From contig CAXXLX010000001.1 in the NCBI GenBank assembly GCA_963665235.2, positions 4,128,001 to 4,192,000 on the forward strand: a stretch of 64,000 nucleotides of DNA, given 5' to 3'. Below the pieces are notes generated by a model. It was not told where the DNA came from, made no database searches, and worked only from the letters and a program-made list of their open reading frames with translations. A program made the translations under genes and the position numbers. The DNA comes from Candidatus Poribacteria bacterium (lineage in GTDB: Bacteria; Poribacteria; WGA-4E; WGA-3G). Below are positions 1-9,512 of the stretch, piece by piece. Positions within the stretch are counted from its first letter, which is position 1, and the number at the start of each line of letters is the position of its first letter.

Positions 1-994
1 GCAGTATGTCGTAAACATCGCGTCCCTCTGCTTCCGCTTGTGCAATTTCCGCTTGGGCAAAGGTGTCCCTATACCATCGCAGGACTACACCGCCACTGGA
101 GACAAATCCTAACGTAACGTAAAGCCCCTCGACAACGTGCGGATAGCAAGCGAAGTTCCCATCTATCATCTGTTGATTGATGACAGGCTCTGTGAAGGCG
201 GGGGCAATACATTCAACAGTGCCTGTAGCGTCCATCACTTCGCCGCTGCGAATGATGCCTGCCCCTAACGCACCACACGGCTGGTCGTGCCCGCCGGTGA
301 CGCATACTACGCCTCGCGGAAGCCCAAGTTCATCAGCAACGGCTGTGCTCACTTCGCCTATAACAGTCCCAGAGCTTGCGGTGTCGGGTAAATGTGAGGC
401 ATCCAGATTTGCTAAACCGAGCATCTTTTCTGACCAAGATTTGTCGATAATGTCGAACGCCATGGTGCGCGCTGCGAGCGAATAGTCAACTACAGGCGAA
501 ATGCCGAGTTTGAAATAGACGAAATCCTCAAAACCGAGAAATTTCCACACCTGCCGATAGATATCCGGTTGATTCCGTTGTATCCATACCAGCTTGGGAA
601 GCGTGTGAATATCACTGGGGGGCATGCCTGTGATTTGCATTACCTCCAATGGACTTATATCTTGCAGTAGCTCATCACAGATTCCGGAGGTACGGGAATC
701 AAATGTAGTAATTGCGTTTGCTAAGATGTCGCCGTTTGCCGAAATCGGTGTAACCGCTTCACCTTGTGAGGCAACGCTAATGGCTTCAATCGGCTCTGTT
801 TTTGTTTGTGCAGCAACCTGCCGGATGCCGGACGCTATATTGTCCCAGACAACACGTGAATCCAATTCTGACCAGCCGGGTTGCGGGTGCACTAACGGAT
901 ACTCGCCGTATGCCTGTGCAAGAATTTCGCCATCCTCACGAAAAGCGATAACTTTACATCCCGTTGTGCCGACATCAATACCCAAAAGACTCAT
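1..994 (-). CDS. FGGY-family carbohydrate kinase (xylulokinase-like), runs off the window start
   Basis: Manual translation from ATG at 994 gives MSLLGIDVGTTGCKVIAF, later TGGHDQPCGALGAG; AGGAG RBS at about 1006-1010. Confidence 0.85.
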   Translation of the reverse strand, partial: MSLLGIDVGTTGCKVIAFREDGEILAQAYGEYPLVHPQPGWSELDSRVVWDNIASGIRQVAAQTKTEPIEAISVASQGEAVTPISANGDILANAITTFDSRTSGICDELLQDISPLEVMQITGMPPSDIHTLPKLVWIQRNQPDIYRQVWKFLGFEDFVYFKLGISPVVDYSLAARTMAFDIIDKSWSEKMLGLANLDASHLPDTASSGTVIGEVSTAVADELGLPRGVVCVTGGHDQPCGALGAGIIRSGEVMDATGTVECIAPAFTEPVINQQMIDGNFACYPHVVEGLYVTLGFVSSGGVVLRWYRDTFAQAEIAQAEAEGRDVYDIL

Positions 995-1104
995 AACGTT
1001 TTTTTCTCCTTGATACGGTATGTGTATATCGTATCATAAATTGTTTTTTAATGCAAAGATTTGTTTTTAAGGGGGGAGGTGTAAAGTTTTTGTACTATGA
1101 TAGA

Positions 1105-1233
1105 GGGAAGGGGGGAAGAATGGAAGGGGGGAAGAATGGAAGATTGGAAGGGTGGAAGGAGGGAAGGGTGGAAGATTGGAAGATTGGAAGGAGGGAAGGG
1201 TGGAAGATTGGAAGGGTGGAAGATTGGAAGATT
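1105..1233 (+). repeat. Purine-rich GGAAG(ATT/GGT/AAT) tandem tract
   Basis: Repeating ~8-nt GGAAGNNT units; same motif at ~43776-43820 and ~62993-63025. Confidence 0.85.
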
Positions 1234-1383
1234 GGATTTCGCAGGTGTGTTGTCTGAATCGCAGAGGACACGGAAGACGCGGAAAAAGAGGTTTGTTGCT
1301 AACATCTACGGATTTTTTTGTCTGAATCGCGGATGACACAGAGGACACGGAGAACGCGGAATTAAGACGGGGTTGGGTAAAAT

Positions 1384-1460
1384 CTATAAACATATCGCCC
1401 CGCTGGGGCTAGTTTGTGAGATGGTTGGGTTTTCTATAAAGATACCGCCCCGCTGGGGCT
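1384..1460 (+). repeat. Pair of CTATAAA-N6-GCCCCGCTGGGGC REP-like hairpins
   Basis: Two copies 50 bp apart; family recurs near 4236, 4286, 24472, 24547, 35496, 43894, 57891, 63113. Confidence 0.8.
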
Positions 1461-1493
1461 GCGCTTTCGCACATCGGTGTCTATTTTTCTACT

Positions 1494-2180
1494 TTATTTC
1501 TGCCTCAGCCTATCTGCTTTCCAATAGGCCCAAAATTTGAAGGCACTTGCGCGAACACGGATGCTGCCAGGAGGGTCAGGGAGTTTGAAGTTAGAAAACT
1601 TCTCCCTCACATCATCAATGTCGATGTCGTCAGTGTGTGCTATATCTATGAACGCCCATCTGTACCTGAATGGACTATTTATGACATCAACTTCTGAGTG
1701 CCCATCTTTGATGAGTTCGAAGTTCAACATCCTAGTTTTTCCATCCTCAACGTAGAACAAATAGGTCAGGTAACGACCATACTTGCCTTGCTGTATGAAT
1801 GGAAAGTGATTATCATTGTCAAAAAGCAGGAATATATCCTTGTCCTCTAACTTGTCGGCCACATATTTCTTGGCCTGTTCGGCCGCTTCTTTTTCTTTTT
1901 CATCTCTGCTGCTCAGTTCCGGCGTGTTCACGCCATACAGCCTCACTTCAATGACACCTCGGTCATGAAACTGAAACGATAACGTGTCACCATCCGTGAC
2001 CTTGACTAACGGATAATATCCGGCGTGGTTCGAGCTGAAGTCGATGGATGTATCAGCACCATGGCAGTGGTAACTTTCACCTTCTCGGTGGCAGTTGTCT
2101 GCCGCCAGCTGTCGATTGTGGGCATCTGCATGAGCTAAGACTAACGCCAGAACTAAAACAACTACTAATTTTCTACCCAT
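1494..2180 (-). CDS. Secreted thermonuclease (SNase-like) with N-terminal YHYH-like motif
   Basis: Signal peptide, CH..YHCH, then VTDGDT, VRLYGVNTPE, KYGRYL SNase motifs. Confidence 0.85.
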   Translation of the reverse strand: MGRKLVVVLVLALVLAHADAHNRQLAADNCHREGESYHCHGADTSIDFSSNHAGYYPLVKVTDGDTLSFQFHDRGVIEVRLYGVNTPELSSRDEKEKEAAEQAKKYVADKLEDKDIFLLFDNDNHFPFIQQGKYGRYLTYLFYVEDGKTRMLNFELIKDGHSEVDVINSPFRYRWAFIDIAHTDDIDIDDVREKFSNFKLPDPPGSIRVRASAFKFWAYWKADRLRQK

Positions 2181-2256
2181 GTTTTATTCCTTGCAATCGT
2201 CTGTTATTGGCTATTGGCTCTTAGCATTTAGCATTTGGCAAGAGGAGATGTTCTAA

Positions 2257-2524
2257 TACCATTTTTATTAATTATCCTATCATTACCGGTCGTTAGAAAT
2301 GAAACGGAGAACGGAAGACACAAACTGGAAGTTTATGCTACAAGAACGCACAAACTGGAAGTTTATGCTACAAGAACGCACAAACTGGAAGTTTATGCTA
2401 CAAGAACGCACAAACTACAAGAACGCACAAAAGTTTATGCTACAAGAACGCACAAACTGGAACAAGAACGCACAAACTGGAAGTTTATGCTACAATAAAG
2501 AGACATTTCCAATTAGAAATGGTA
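2257..2524. mobile_element. MITE family A copy 1 (TACCATTT/AAATGGTA TIR, TAA target duplication) carrying 30-bp REP tandem repeats
   Basis: TAA at 2254-2256 and 2525-2527; homologous to 34507-34686. Confidence 0.8.
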
Positions 2525-2607
2525 TAACAATCTAACCGTTCTTATCCAGAACGGACGCAGCGCGTTGATAAGGTCCATAGATAATGGGATTTAAAGGGAG
2601 ACCTGGC

Positions 2608-2630
2608 GGGCGAGGAAACCTCGCCCCTAC
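2608..2630 (-). repeat. GTAG-type REP (GTAGGGGCGAGGTTTCCTCGCCC)
   Basis: GTAG plus GGGCGAGG/CCTCGCCC stem; same family at 16513 and 48456. Confidence 0.8.
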
Positions 2631-2929
2631 GACGTTATGTCCTAAATTTGCGTCCGTCCCATCACATTATTAAGTATACCACAGAGTTGCACATAAGTCA
2701 ATTTTTTTACAATTTTTCATTTTTGGACGATTCAACTTACATCACACAACATACATGCAAACAGGAAATGTTTGATGCATTTCAGATATCTGACTAACAT
2801 CACAACGTCTTGCCAATTGCCAATCGCCATTCGCTAATCGCCAATGAGCTAATTGCTAATTGCCAACAGCCAATCGCTAATTATGCTATAATAGGTTACA
2901 GAAAACTACGTTAGGGGAGAAAGTACAGA

Positions 2930-3703
2930 ATGCGTTTTGAAAATCGGGTGGCGTTTGTAACAGGTGGTGGCGGGCCGCTAGGTATTGGACGCGCAGCATG
3001 TTTGGCATTTGCGCGTGAGGGAGCAGCTGTAGTTGTCGCTGGGGGTAGAAGCGCGGAGGCTGTCGCTGCGGAAGTTCGCGCCGAAGGCGGTCAAGCAATT
3101 GCGGTGCCGCTGGATGTGACCGTACCAGCACAAGTGCAAGCAGCCGTGGATACGACAGTGGAAAGGTTCAAACGAATTGATATTTTATTCAACAATGCTG
3201 GCATTCTCGGTCGGCAAACGTTGTTTGAACTCACCCCGGACGAATTCGATCGGGTGATGGCAGTGAATGTCAAAGGGTGTCTGCTGTGCGCGCAGGCAGT
3301 CGCAAAGGTGATGATAGCACACGGAATAAAAGGGAGGATTATCAATAACTCCTCTATCTTCGCGGAGGAGTCGCATGTCGGGGTCTTAAGCTACTGTGTG
3401 AGCAAGGCAGCAGTGAATAGACTCACACGTAGCCTCGCGTTGGAACTCCGACCGCACGGCATTACTGTGAACGCGGTGGCACCGGGCGGCGGCGCGCCGA
3501 CAGGCATGAATGCCGCACAAAAACTCCCTGAAGACGACAGTTTACCTGAATTACCCCCCGCTTCACCGGATGTACCGCCGCTTGAACGCGGCGCGACAGT
3601 ATGGGATTACATCGGGGCGGTGCTGTTCCTCGCCTCTGATGAAGCTGCTTATATCAGTGGAGATATTATGACGATTGATGGCGGAGCCGTGGCACGCCGA
3701 TAA
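2930..3703 (+). CDS. SDR family oxidoreductase
   Basis: TGGGGPLGIG, NNAG, YCVSK catalytic motif. Confidence 0.92.
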   Translation: MRFENRVAFVTGGGGPLGIGRAACLAFAREGAAVVVAGGRSAEAVAAEVRAEGGQAIAVPLDVTVPAQVQAAVDTTVERFKRIDILFNNAGILGRQTLFELTPDEFDRVMAVNVKGCLLCAQAVAKVMIAHGIKGRIINNSSIFAEESHVGVLSYCVSKAAVNRLTRSLALELRPHGITVNAVAPGGGAPTGMNAAQKLPEDDSLPELPPASPDVPPLERGATVWDYIGAVLFLASDEAAYISGDIMTIDGGAVARR

Positions 3704-3728
3704 AAAGTTAGGAGAAAATTGCTTATTT

Positions 3729-4172
3729 ATGATTAATACCCTTAAAACCCACTTGCAAGTTCTGATTGACTGGTCTAAAGCTCACCCGGTTTTGCTTGTC
3801 GTTTTTTTTGTAGCAAGCATTATCGCAAGCCTGATTGTGTGTGCCGTGTTGATTACACTGCTGCCACCAGACTATTTCACCGAGAAAAGACAGGTGCACC
3901 GTGTCAAAAATCCGGTGCTGCGTATCTTTCTCTCTATTGTCAAAAACCTCATAGGTGCCATTTTAATCGTTATGGGAATTCTGCTGTCGCTGCCGGGGGT
4001 ACCGGGGCAGGGTATTTTAACGATTTTAGTGGGGTTGATTATTAGCGATTTTCCGGGGAAGCGCCGGTTGGAGATGCGCATTATTAACATTAAAGCGGTC
4101 TTCTCAGGTGCGAATAAGATTCGTACCCGTTTCAATCGCGAGCCGCTTGTGTTGGAGGAAAAAGAGGAATAA
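3729..4172 (+). CDS. Membrane protein, PGPGW-like
   Basis: Hydrophobic helices, LPPDYF and LPGVPGQG motifs; ATG 3729 preferred over 3675. Confidence 0.7.
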   Translation: MINTLKTHLQVLIDWSKAHPVLLVVFFVASIIASLIVCAVLITLLPPDYFTEKRQVHRVKNPVLRIFLSIVKNLIGAILIVMGILLSLPGVPGQGILTILVGLIISDFPGKRRLEMRIINIKAVFSGANKIRTRFNREPLVLEEKEE

Positions 4173-4348
4173 AAATTTGCTCATTATTTTTACTAAATTT
4201 TGGACAATTTTATGAATTTGCATTTGCGGTGTTTTCTATAAACATATCGCCCCGCTGGGGCTAGTTTGTGTCTAAGTTGGGTTTTCTATAAACATATCGT
4301 CCCTACAGGACTGAGAAGCGGGGGCAGAAACCCTCGCGCTTTGCGTTG

Positions 4349-4643
4349 CTACTGTCCGTTTTCTACCAAGGTTTGCAGGAATGCGGCGAAACTATCTGTT
4401 TGGACAGCTGTCTCATACAGCACGTTGAGGCGTTGTATGTCTTCTATCTGCTCGAGTGCTATCTGCAAGGTTTCATCCGTGCCGATGCCGAATCGAGCGT
4501 CAAGGAAACTCAAGATGTTTTCAACAGCAATTTCTTGTTGCCTTGTTCGAAGATATATCGATAAGTTGATGATTCAAACATGGGAACCTCCATAAGATGT
4601 TTGATTTCTTCGGGGTCAACGATTAACTCGCTTCAGAATCCAT
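4349..4643 (-). pseudogene. Duplicated 3-prime cassette of the Rpn gene with a divergent last 25 codons and a 1-bp deletion
   Basis: 4426-4643 near-identical to 4820-5038; tail NVLYETAVQTDSFAAFLQTLVENGQ versus KALVRTAAQVDTLEAFRQKLTENGK. Confidence 0.85.
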
Positions 4644-4742
4644 TTTTTTGTCAGAATTGCGGATTACGGAGATTGCGCGGGTTTTAAGCTATCGTCTGAT
4701 ACCTATAACCCGCGCGAAATCGATTTGCGGAGCTGACCCCGG

Positions 4743-5669
4743 CTATTTTCCGTTTTCAGTCAATTTTTGCCTGAATGCCTCGAGGGTGTCTACCTGTGCG
4801 GCTGTTCGGACGAGTGCTTTGAGGCGTTGTATGTCTTCTATCTGCTCGAGTGCTATCTGCAAGGTTTCATCTGTGCCGATGCCGAATCGAGCGTCAAGGA
4901 AACTCAAGATGTTTTCAACAGCAATTTCTTGTTGTCCTTGTTCGAAGATATATCGATAAGTTGATGATTCAAACATGGGAACCTCCATAAGATGTTTGAT
5001 TTCTTCGGGGTCAACGATTAACCCGCTCAGGATCCATTGCCAAAGTAGTAGGTTATTTTGAACATCAGGGTCAAGGTCCAGCGTGCGTACCTGTTCGTGG
5101 CACCGTTCGACCCATTCCACTGCGGATACATCGTCCGGTCGCTTCATTAGGGGCGTGAATGCTATGAGGCTGGGTTCACGCGTTTCCAAAACGGCTTGTC
5201 CATCAAATTTGCTGAGATGGATAACCTGATATTCGATGTCTATATTGTAGCCATTAAACTCTTGCGTATACTTTCCGGGGTCGTTATCGCCGGCCCCTTC
5301 AATCATGTAAACGGTGTGGGATAAAATGGGCAGTCCGTATTTTTCGTAACATCGCCCGATGTATCCAACTTTTCGTTTGACTATTTCTGTTTCGGGTTGG
5401 CTGCTGACTTGGAACTCTATATGCACTAAGACCTCTTTACCATTAATTCGGACCTTCGCCAAAATATCCATGCGTCGGATTTCGACGGTTGGTAGTTCTG
5501 TATCGAGGTGTTCAATGAACTCGAGGTTTCGGATGTTTGTAAAATGTCTCAACAATGCTTCGGCGAACACTGCGAATATGCCTTTGCTGACAATATCGTA
5601 TCGTTGATACGGTAAGGCTTCAAGTAGCTGTTTAAAAAATTCTTCTATCCTATCTGTCCTATCTTTCAT
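4743..5669 (-). CDS. Rpn family recombination-promoting nuclease / putative transposase (PD-(D/E)XK)
   Basis: RRMDIL..LVHIEFQ, C-terminal ESSTYRYIFEQG..LDARFG tail. Confidence 0.85.
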   Translation of the reverse strand: MKDRTDRIEEFFKQLLEALPYQRYDIVSKGIFAVFAEALLRHFTNIRNLEFIEHLDTELPTVEIRRMDILAKVRINGKEVLVHIEFQVSSQPETEIVKRKVGYIGRCYEKYGLPILSHTVYMIEGAGDNDPGKYTQEFNGYNIDIEYQVIHLSKFDGQAVLETREPSLIAFTPLMKRPDDVSAVEWVERCHEQVRTLDLDPDVQNNLLLWQWILSGLIVDPEEIKHLMEVPMFESSTYRYIFEQGQQEIAVENILSFLDARFGIGTDETLQIALEQIEDIQRLKALVRTAAQVDTLEAFRQKLTENGK

Positions 5670-5798
5670 GATGGGATGTTATCCTTCAAAACTGGGATAA
5701 TTACAAATGCATGTTAATATTATACACTTACTTGTGACGTTTGTCAATCGTTATTAGCGATTGAAACGGTTGGGGCCGGACTAAAATAGGGTATACGC

Positions 5799-6440
5799 CT
5801 ACCGGGGAAAGAATTTCTTGTGGATTTGCAGGAGACGTTGTAGTTCTTCAATTGGCTCCTCCGCGTCGTCGACGCGCAGGTCTATGTAGCGGTCATTGAA
5901 ACCGCTATACCCGCCGTTTTTCCGGACGACGAGCAGTGCAGCAGACTGCTGTCCGCGTGTATCTCCGCCCTTTTCCTGTCCTGCGAAAAGGGCTGCCACT
6001 AACTTATCAGCTAACTCGCCCTCCGTTGTCTCAAATGCTTTTCCCATTGCTTTAACAACAGCTTCTCCAGCGAGGATGTTGCCTTGTGCTGTGTAATTTT
6101 TCCCTGAGACCGCCCCTGCCCACTCGTGGCAGTCCTCGCCTGTATAGTTGGCAGCGTTGCCACTTGCATCTATAATGCCGACCTGTCGTGTTTTCCTTCC
6201 GTTATCATCTCTGATGAGGTGGTCCAAGGTTTGTTGTACGGAAAGCCCGACTTTAAGCAGTTCTAATCCTCTGGGCCCGTATGTTGTATTTGCCCAGGAT
6301 TGGGTTGCAATTGCGCCAACCCCCGCTTCTGCCCAAGGCACGACAGCCCCAACAGCAAAAAACTTTGATTGCACGGCAATCCCTAAATCGCCGTTGTTTG
6401 GGTCGTATCCAACAATTGAAAATGTGTTGACTGGTAACAT
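5799..6440 (-). CDS. DUF1028 family (Ntn-hydrolase-like) protein
   Basis: TFSIVG..GIAVQS..GAIATQ..GGDTRGQQSAAL..DLRVDD. Confidence 0.9.
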   Translation of the reverse strand: MLPVNTFSIVGYDPNNGDLGIAVQSKFFAVGAVVPWAEAGVGAIATQSWANTTYGPRGLELLKVGLSVQQTLDHLIRDDNGRKTRQVGIIDASGNAANYTGEDCHEWAGAVSGKNYTAQGNILAGEAVVKAMGKAFETTEGELADKLVAALFAGQEKGGDTRGQQSAALLVVRKNGGYSGFNDRYIDLRVDDAEEPIEELQRLLQIHKKFFPR

Positions 6441-6458
6441 ATACGTTTACCCTCTCTG

Positions 6459-7766
6459 TTAAATTGGCAGTTTATCTTCAAATCGGATTTTCATGGCTGC
6501 GGCATGGCCCTCTAATCCCTCCACCTCGGCGAGCTTAACAGCAGCAGGCGTGACCTTCTCCAAAGCGGTTTTGGTGTAGGAGATGAGGCTTGTCTTTTTC
6601 AGGAAATCGTCAACGCTGAGCGGTGAAGCGTAACGTGCTGCTGTGCCTGTCGGGAGGATATGGTTCGGTCCAGCGATATAATCCCCGACAGGTTCGGGGG
6701 AATAAGGTCCGATGAGGATAGCCCCCGCATTTCGGATGTCTCCGATGTAGTCAAACGGGTTTTCGATGTGCAATTCAACGTGTTCCGGTGCGATTTCGTT
6801 TGTCAAGGCAATCGCTTCTGTCAAATCGTTGACAACAAGAGCAGCCCCATAGTTTTCAAAAGCCTGTACAATTTCAGCACTGCGCGGCAGCTGTTCCGCT
6901 TGAACCTCAATAGCAGCTTTAACCTGTTCCGCCAAACCGCGTGAGGGTGTTACAAGAATTGCGGAGCAATCAGGACTATGCTCGGCTTGTGAAATCAGAT
7001 CGGCGGCGACATAATCTGGGTCTGCTGTAACATCAGCGATAACCAGAATTTCGCTTGGCCCTGCCAACTTATCAATGTCCACATGACCGTAGACCTCTTT
7101 CTTGGCAAGTTGGACATATAGGTTGCCAGGACCGATAATTTTATCAACAGGGTTAACGGTTTCCGTACCGTAAGCCAGCGCAGCGACGGCTTGTGCCCCG
7201 CCAAATTTGCAAATTTCATTCACGCCGCATTCGGCAGCTGCGACTAACATGTACGGGTTAATCTGCCGATTTCGCATTGGGCCCATACAAACGACGAGCT
7301 CTTCCACACCGGCGACTTTGGCTGGTATCACATTCATCAACAACGATGAGACGAGGAGCTGACTAACAGAGGGTACACAGACCCCGACACGTTTTAAGGG
7401 ACGTATAAGGTGTCCCAGCAGCACGCCATCAGGCTCGGTTGTCATCCAAGAGGTCCGCAGCTGCTGTTGGTGAAACCGTTCTATGTTCGTGTAGGCGTGT
7501 TTAATAGCCTCAACAAACTCAGATTCCACTTCTTGGTAAGCACTTTCAAAATCGTCAGGTGTGGTTTTCAGCTCTTTGGCAGTTATGCGCGGTGCATCGA
7601 GTTTACGCGTATATCGGACAACAGCTTTATCGCCCTCGGTTCGCACATCGTGCAGGGTACGTTTGACCGTTTTTAAGATGTTTTCATCTGTCAACCCCCC
7701 TCGCGTCTTAAGTTTTGCAAGGAAAGCGTCCGCCTCAGAGGTATGCAGGTCAATAATTTGCAACAT
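6459..7766 (-). CDS. hisD: Histidinol dehydrogenase
   Basis: GGAQAVAALAYG, GPGN, AGPSE, QAEH, APEH, GDY..GPNH. Confidence 0.96.
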   Translation of the reverse strand: MLQIIDLHTSEADAFLAKLKTRGGLTDENILKTVKRTLHDVRTEGDKAVVRYTRKLDAPRITAKELKTTPDDFESAYQEVESEFVEAIKHAYTNIERFHQQQLRTSWMTTEPDGVLLGHLIRPLKRVGVCVPSVSQLLVSSLLMNVIPAKVAGVEELVVCMGPMRNRQINPYMLVAAAECGVNEICKFGGAQAVAALAYGTETVNPVDKIIGPGNLYVQLAKKEVYGHVDIDKLAGPSEILVIADVTADPDYVAADLISQAEHSPDCSAILVTPSRGLAEQVKAAIEVQAEQLPRSAEIVQAFENYGAALVVNDLTEAIALTNEIAPEHVELHIENPFDYIGDIRNAGAILIGPYSPEPVGDYIAGPNHILPTGTAARYASPLSVDDFLKKTSLISYTKTALEKVTPAAVKLAEVEGLEGHAAAMKIRFEDKLPI

Positions 7767-7804
7767 CGTTGGAAAACAGCTCCTTTGTGTATGGGGGGTT
7801 GTGC

Positions 7805-9091
7805 TTATGCGGAGACAGGTTCGTCGTTTTCGTTAACTCTAATAATATCTGCGCCGAGGTTGTTCAGTTTTTTCTCCAGTGATTCGTAGCCTCGGTCAAT
7901 ATGATAGACCCGTGAGACGACGGTTTCGCCTGCGGCTGCCATGCCCGCTGCGACGAGTACGGCACCGGCGCGTAAATCGGAAGCCATGACAGGGGCCCCG
8001 CTTAATCCTGAAACGCCATTAATAATAGCCCGTCGACCGTCCAGTCTGATATCCGCGCCCATTCGGTTGAGTTCCGCGGCGTGAATAAACCGGTCGGTGT
8101 GGACATTTTCGGTGATAATGCTTGTTCCGGTGGCAAAGCAGAGCAATCCCATCATTTGTGCCTGCATATCTGTCGGGAACCCTGGAAACGGCACAGTTGT
8201 GACATCGACCGGTTTAAGTTCGTCCGGCACTGTGACGTGGACCCCTTTGTCATCCCAATCCAATTCCACGCCAGCCTCCAGGAGCTTCTCAGAAACGGCG
8301 GGGAGTTGCTGCGGCGTGATACCCTCAACGTAAACATCACCTTTCGTGATAGCACCCGCTACCATGAAGGTGCCCGCCTCAATATCATCGGAAATGACGA
8401 CGTGTTCGGTTCCACGTAATTGTTTGACCCCGTGAATCGTCAAAATAGATGTGCCGATTCCCTCTATATCCGCGCCCATGGCGTTGAGAAAGCGCGCGAG
8501 GTCAATGATATGCGGTTCACGGGCAGCACCACGGATAACGGTTGTGCCTTCCGCCAAAGTCGCCGCCATCATGACGTTCGCTGTTGCACCAACGCTCGGA
8601 CCGTGGTTCCCTATTAAATCCATTTCCGCACCAATCAAACGTTCTGCTTGCGCGAAGATATAACCCTTTTGAACCTTTACCTGCGCCCCTAAACGTTCTA
8701 ACCCTCGGATGTGCAAGTCAACAGGACGCGGGCCGATAGCACACCCGCCCGGGAAGGAGACCTTCGCTCGTCCTAACTTTGCAACAAGCGGGCCCAAAAC
8801 ATAAATAGATGCTCGCATCTTTCGTACTAATTCATAAGGGGCTTCATACTCCATGTGGTTTATTGGTTCAATATAAAGCGTGGAATTTTTTATTTTTGTC
8901 GACGCACCAAGTCCCTCTAATACGGCGCGTAATGTCGTGACATCTGTTAAGTTCGGAACGTTGTGGAGTGCACTTGCACTATCACTAAGGATTGCTGCAG
9001 CAACTGCAATAGGAAGTACCGCATTTTTTGACCCACTTACCGGCACCGTGCCTTCAAGTCTCGTCCCCCCGTTAACAATTAATTTCTCCAT
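7805..9091 (-). CDS. murA: UDP-N-acetylglucosamine 1-carboxyvinyltransferase
   Basis: GSKNA, RKMRAS, PGGCAIG, GFPTDMQ, DLRAG, HIDRGY. Confidence 0.98.
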   Translation of the reverse strand: MEKLIVNGGTRLEGTVPVSGSKNAVLPIAVAAAILSDSASALHNVPNLTDVTTLRAVLEGLGASTKIKNSTLYIEPINHMEYEAPYELVRKMRASIYVLGPLVAKLGRAKVSFPGGCAIGPRPVDLHIRGLERLGAQVKVQKGYIFAQAERLIGAEMDLIGNHGPSVGATANVMMAATLAEGTTVIRGAAREPHIIDLARFLNAMGADIEGIGTSILTIHGVKQLRGTEHVVISDDIEAGTFMVAGAITKGDVYVEGITPQQLPAVSEKLLEAGVELDWDDKGVHVTVPDELKPVDVTTVPFPGFPTDMQAQMMGLLCFATGTSIITENVHTDRFIHAAELNRMGADIRLDGRRAIINGVSGLSGAPVMASDLRAGAVLVAAGMAAAGETVVSRVYHIDRGYESLEKKLNNLGADIIRVNENDEPVSA

Positions 9092-9285
9092 TTCTATGCT
9101 CCTTTATTAAGAAATTTAAGGTTTTACGTCTCTCTTGCATAAACGATGCCAACAGGTTACGTGTTACAAAAATAGTTGTACAGCGGATGTCTGCCTCAGG
9201 TCAATTGTGTAAAAAAAGACACATGTAGGTTGTAAAGTTCTTTTAGGTTGTAAAGTTCTTTTGTAGGTAACAAGCTCCCTCTTAT

Positions 9286-9309
9286 GTAGGAGCGAGCTGT
9301 GCTCGCGAC
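9286..9309 (+). repeat. GTAG-type REP (GTAGGAGCGAGCTGTGCTCGCGA)
   Basis: Stem GCGAGC/GCTCGC, covariant with the GCGTGC/GCACGC copies at 41350 and 61896. Confidence 0.7.
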
Positions 9310-9367
9310 TATATTCCGAATTTGCGTCCGTCCTATGTACGATATTCCTATTTTGTGAAATTGTTTC

Positions 9368-9465
9368 TTGCATTCCTAACGAAAATGTGGTATAATTTAA
9401 AAATGCAAATGCCCCTTTGCGAAACCCACAATTTTTCTTGCACGCTCAACAGATTGTGCTACAAT
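9368..9465 (+). promoter_or_regulatory. Two tandem sigma70-type promoters upstream of the MNT-HEPN operon
   Basis: TTGCAT-17-TATAAT (9368-9396) and TTGCAC-16-TACAAT (9438-9465), both with extended -10 TG. Confidence 0.6.
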
Positions 9466-9512
9466 TAACACCACGTAAGAACAGTGAGCGACTGGACAAA
9501 AGGAGAGACAGC

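Noticed and set aside
1048-1393. Short ORFs over the GGAAG tract
   Set aside because: Low-complexity translations on both strands with no protein-like signal
2235-2535. Repeat-peptide ORFs (THKLEVYATR, TNWKFMLQER)
   Set aside because: A 30-bp period keeps frames open; the homologous copy at 34507 has a 32-bp period and stops
4349-4820. Diversity-generating retroelement TR/VR pair
   Set aside because: Differences are not adenine-specific, include synonymous changes, and there is no reverse transcriptase in the window
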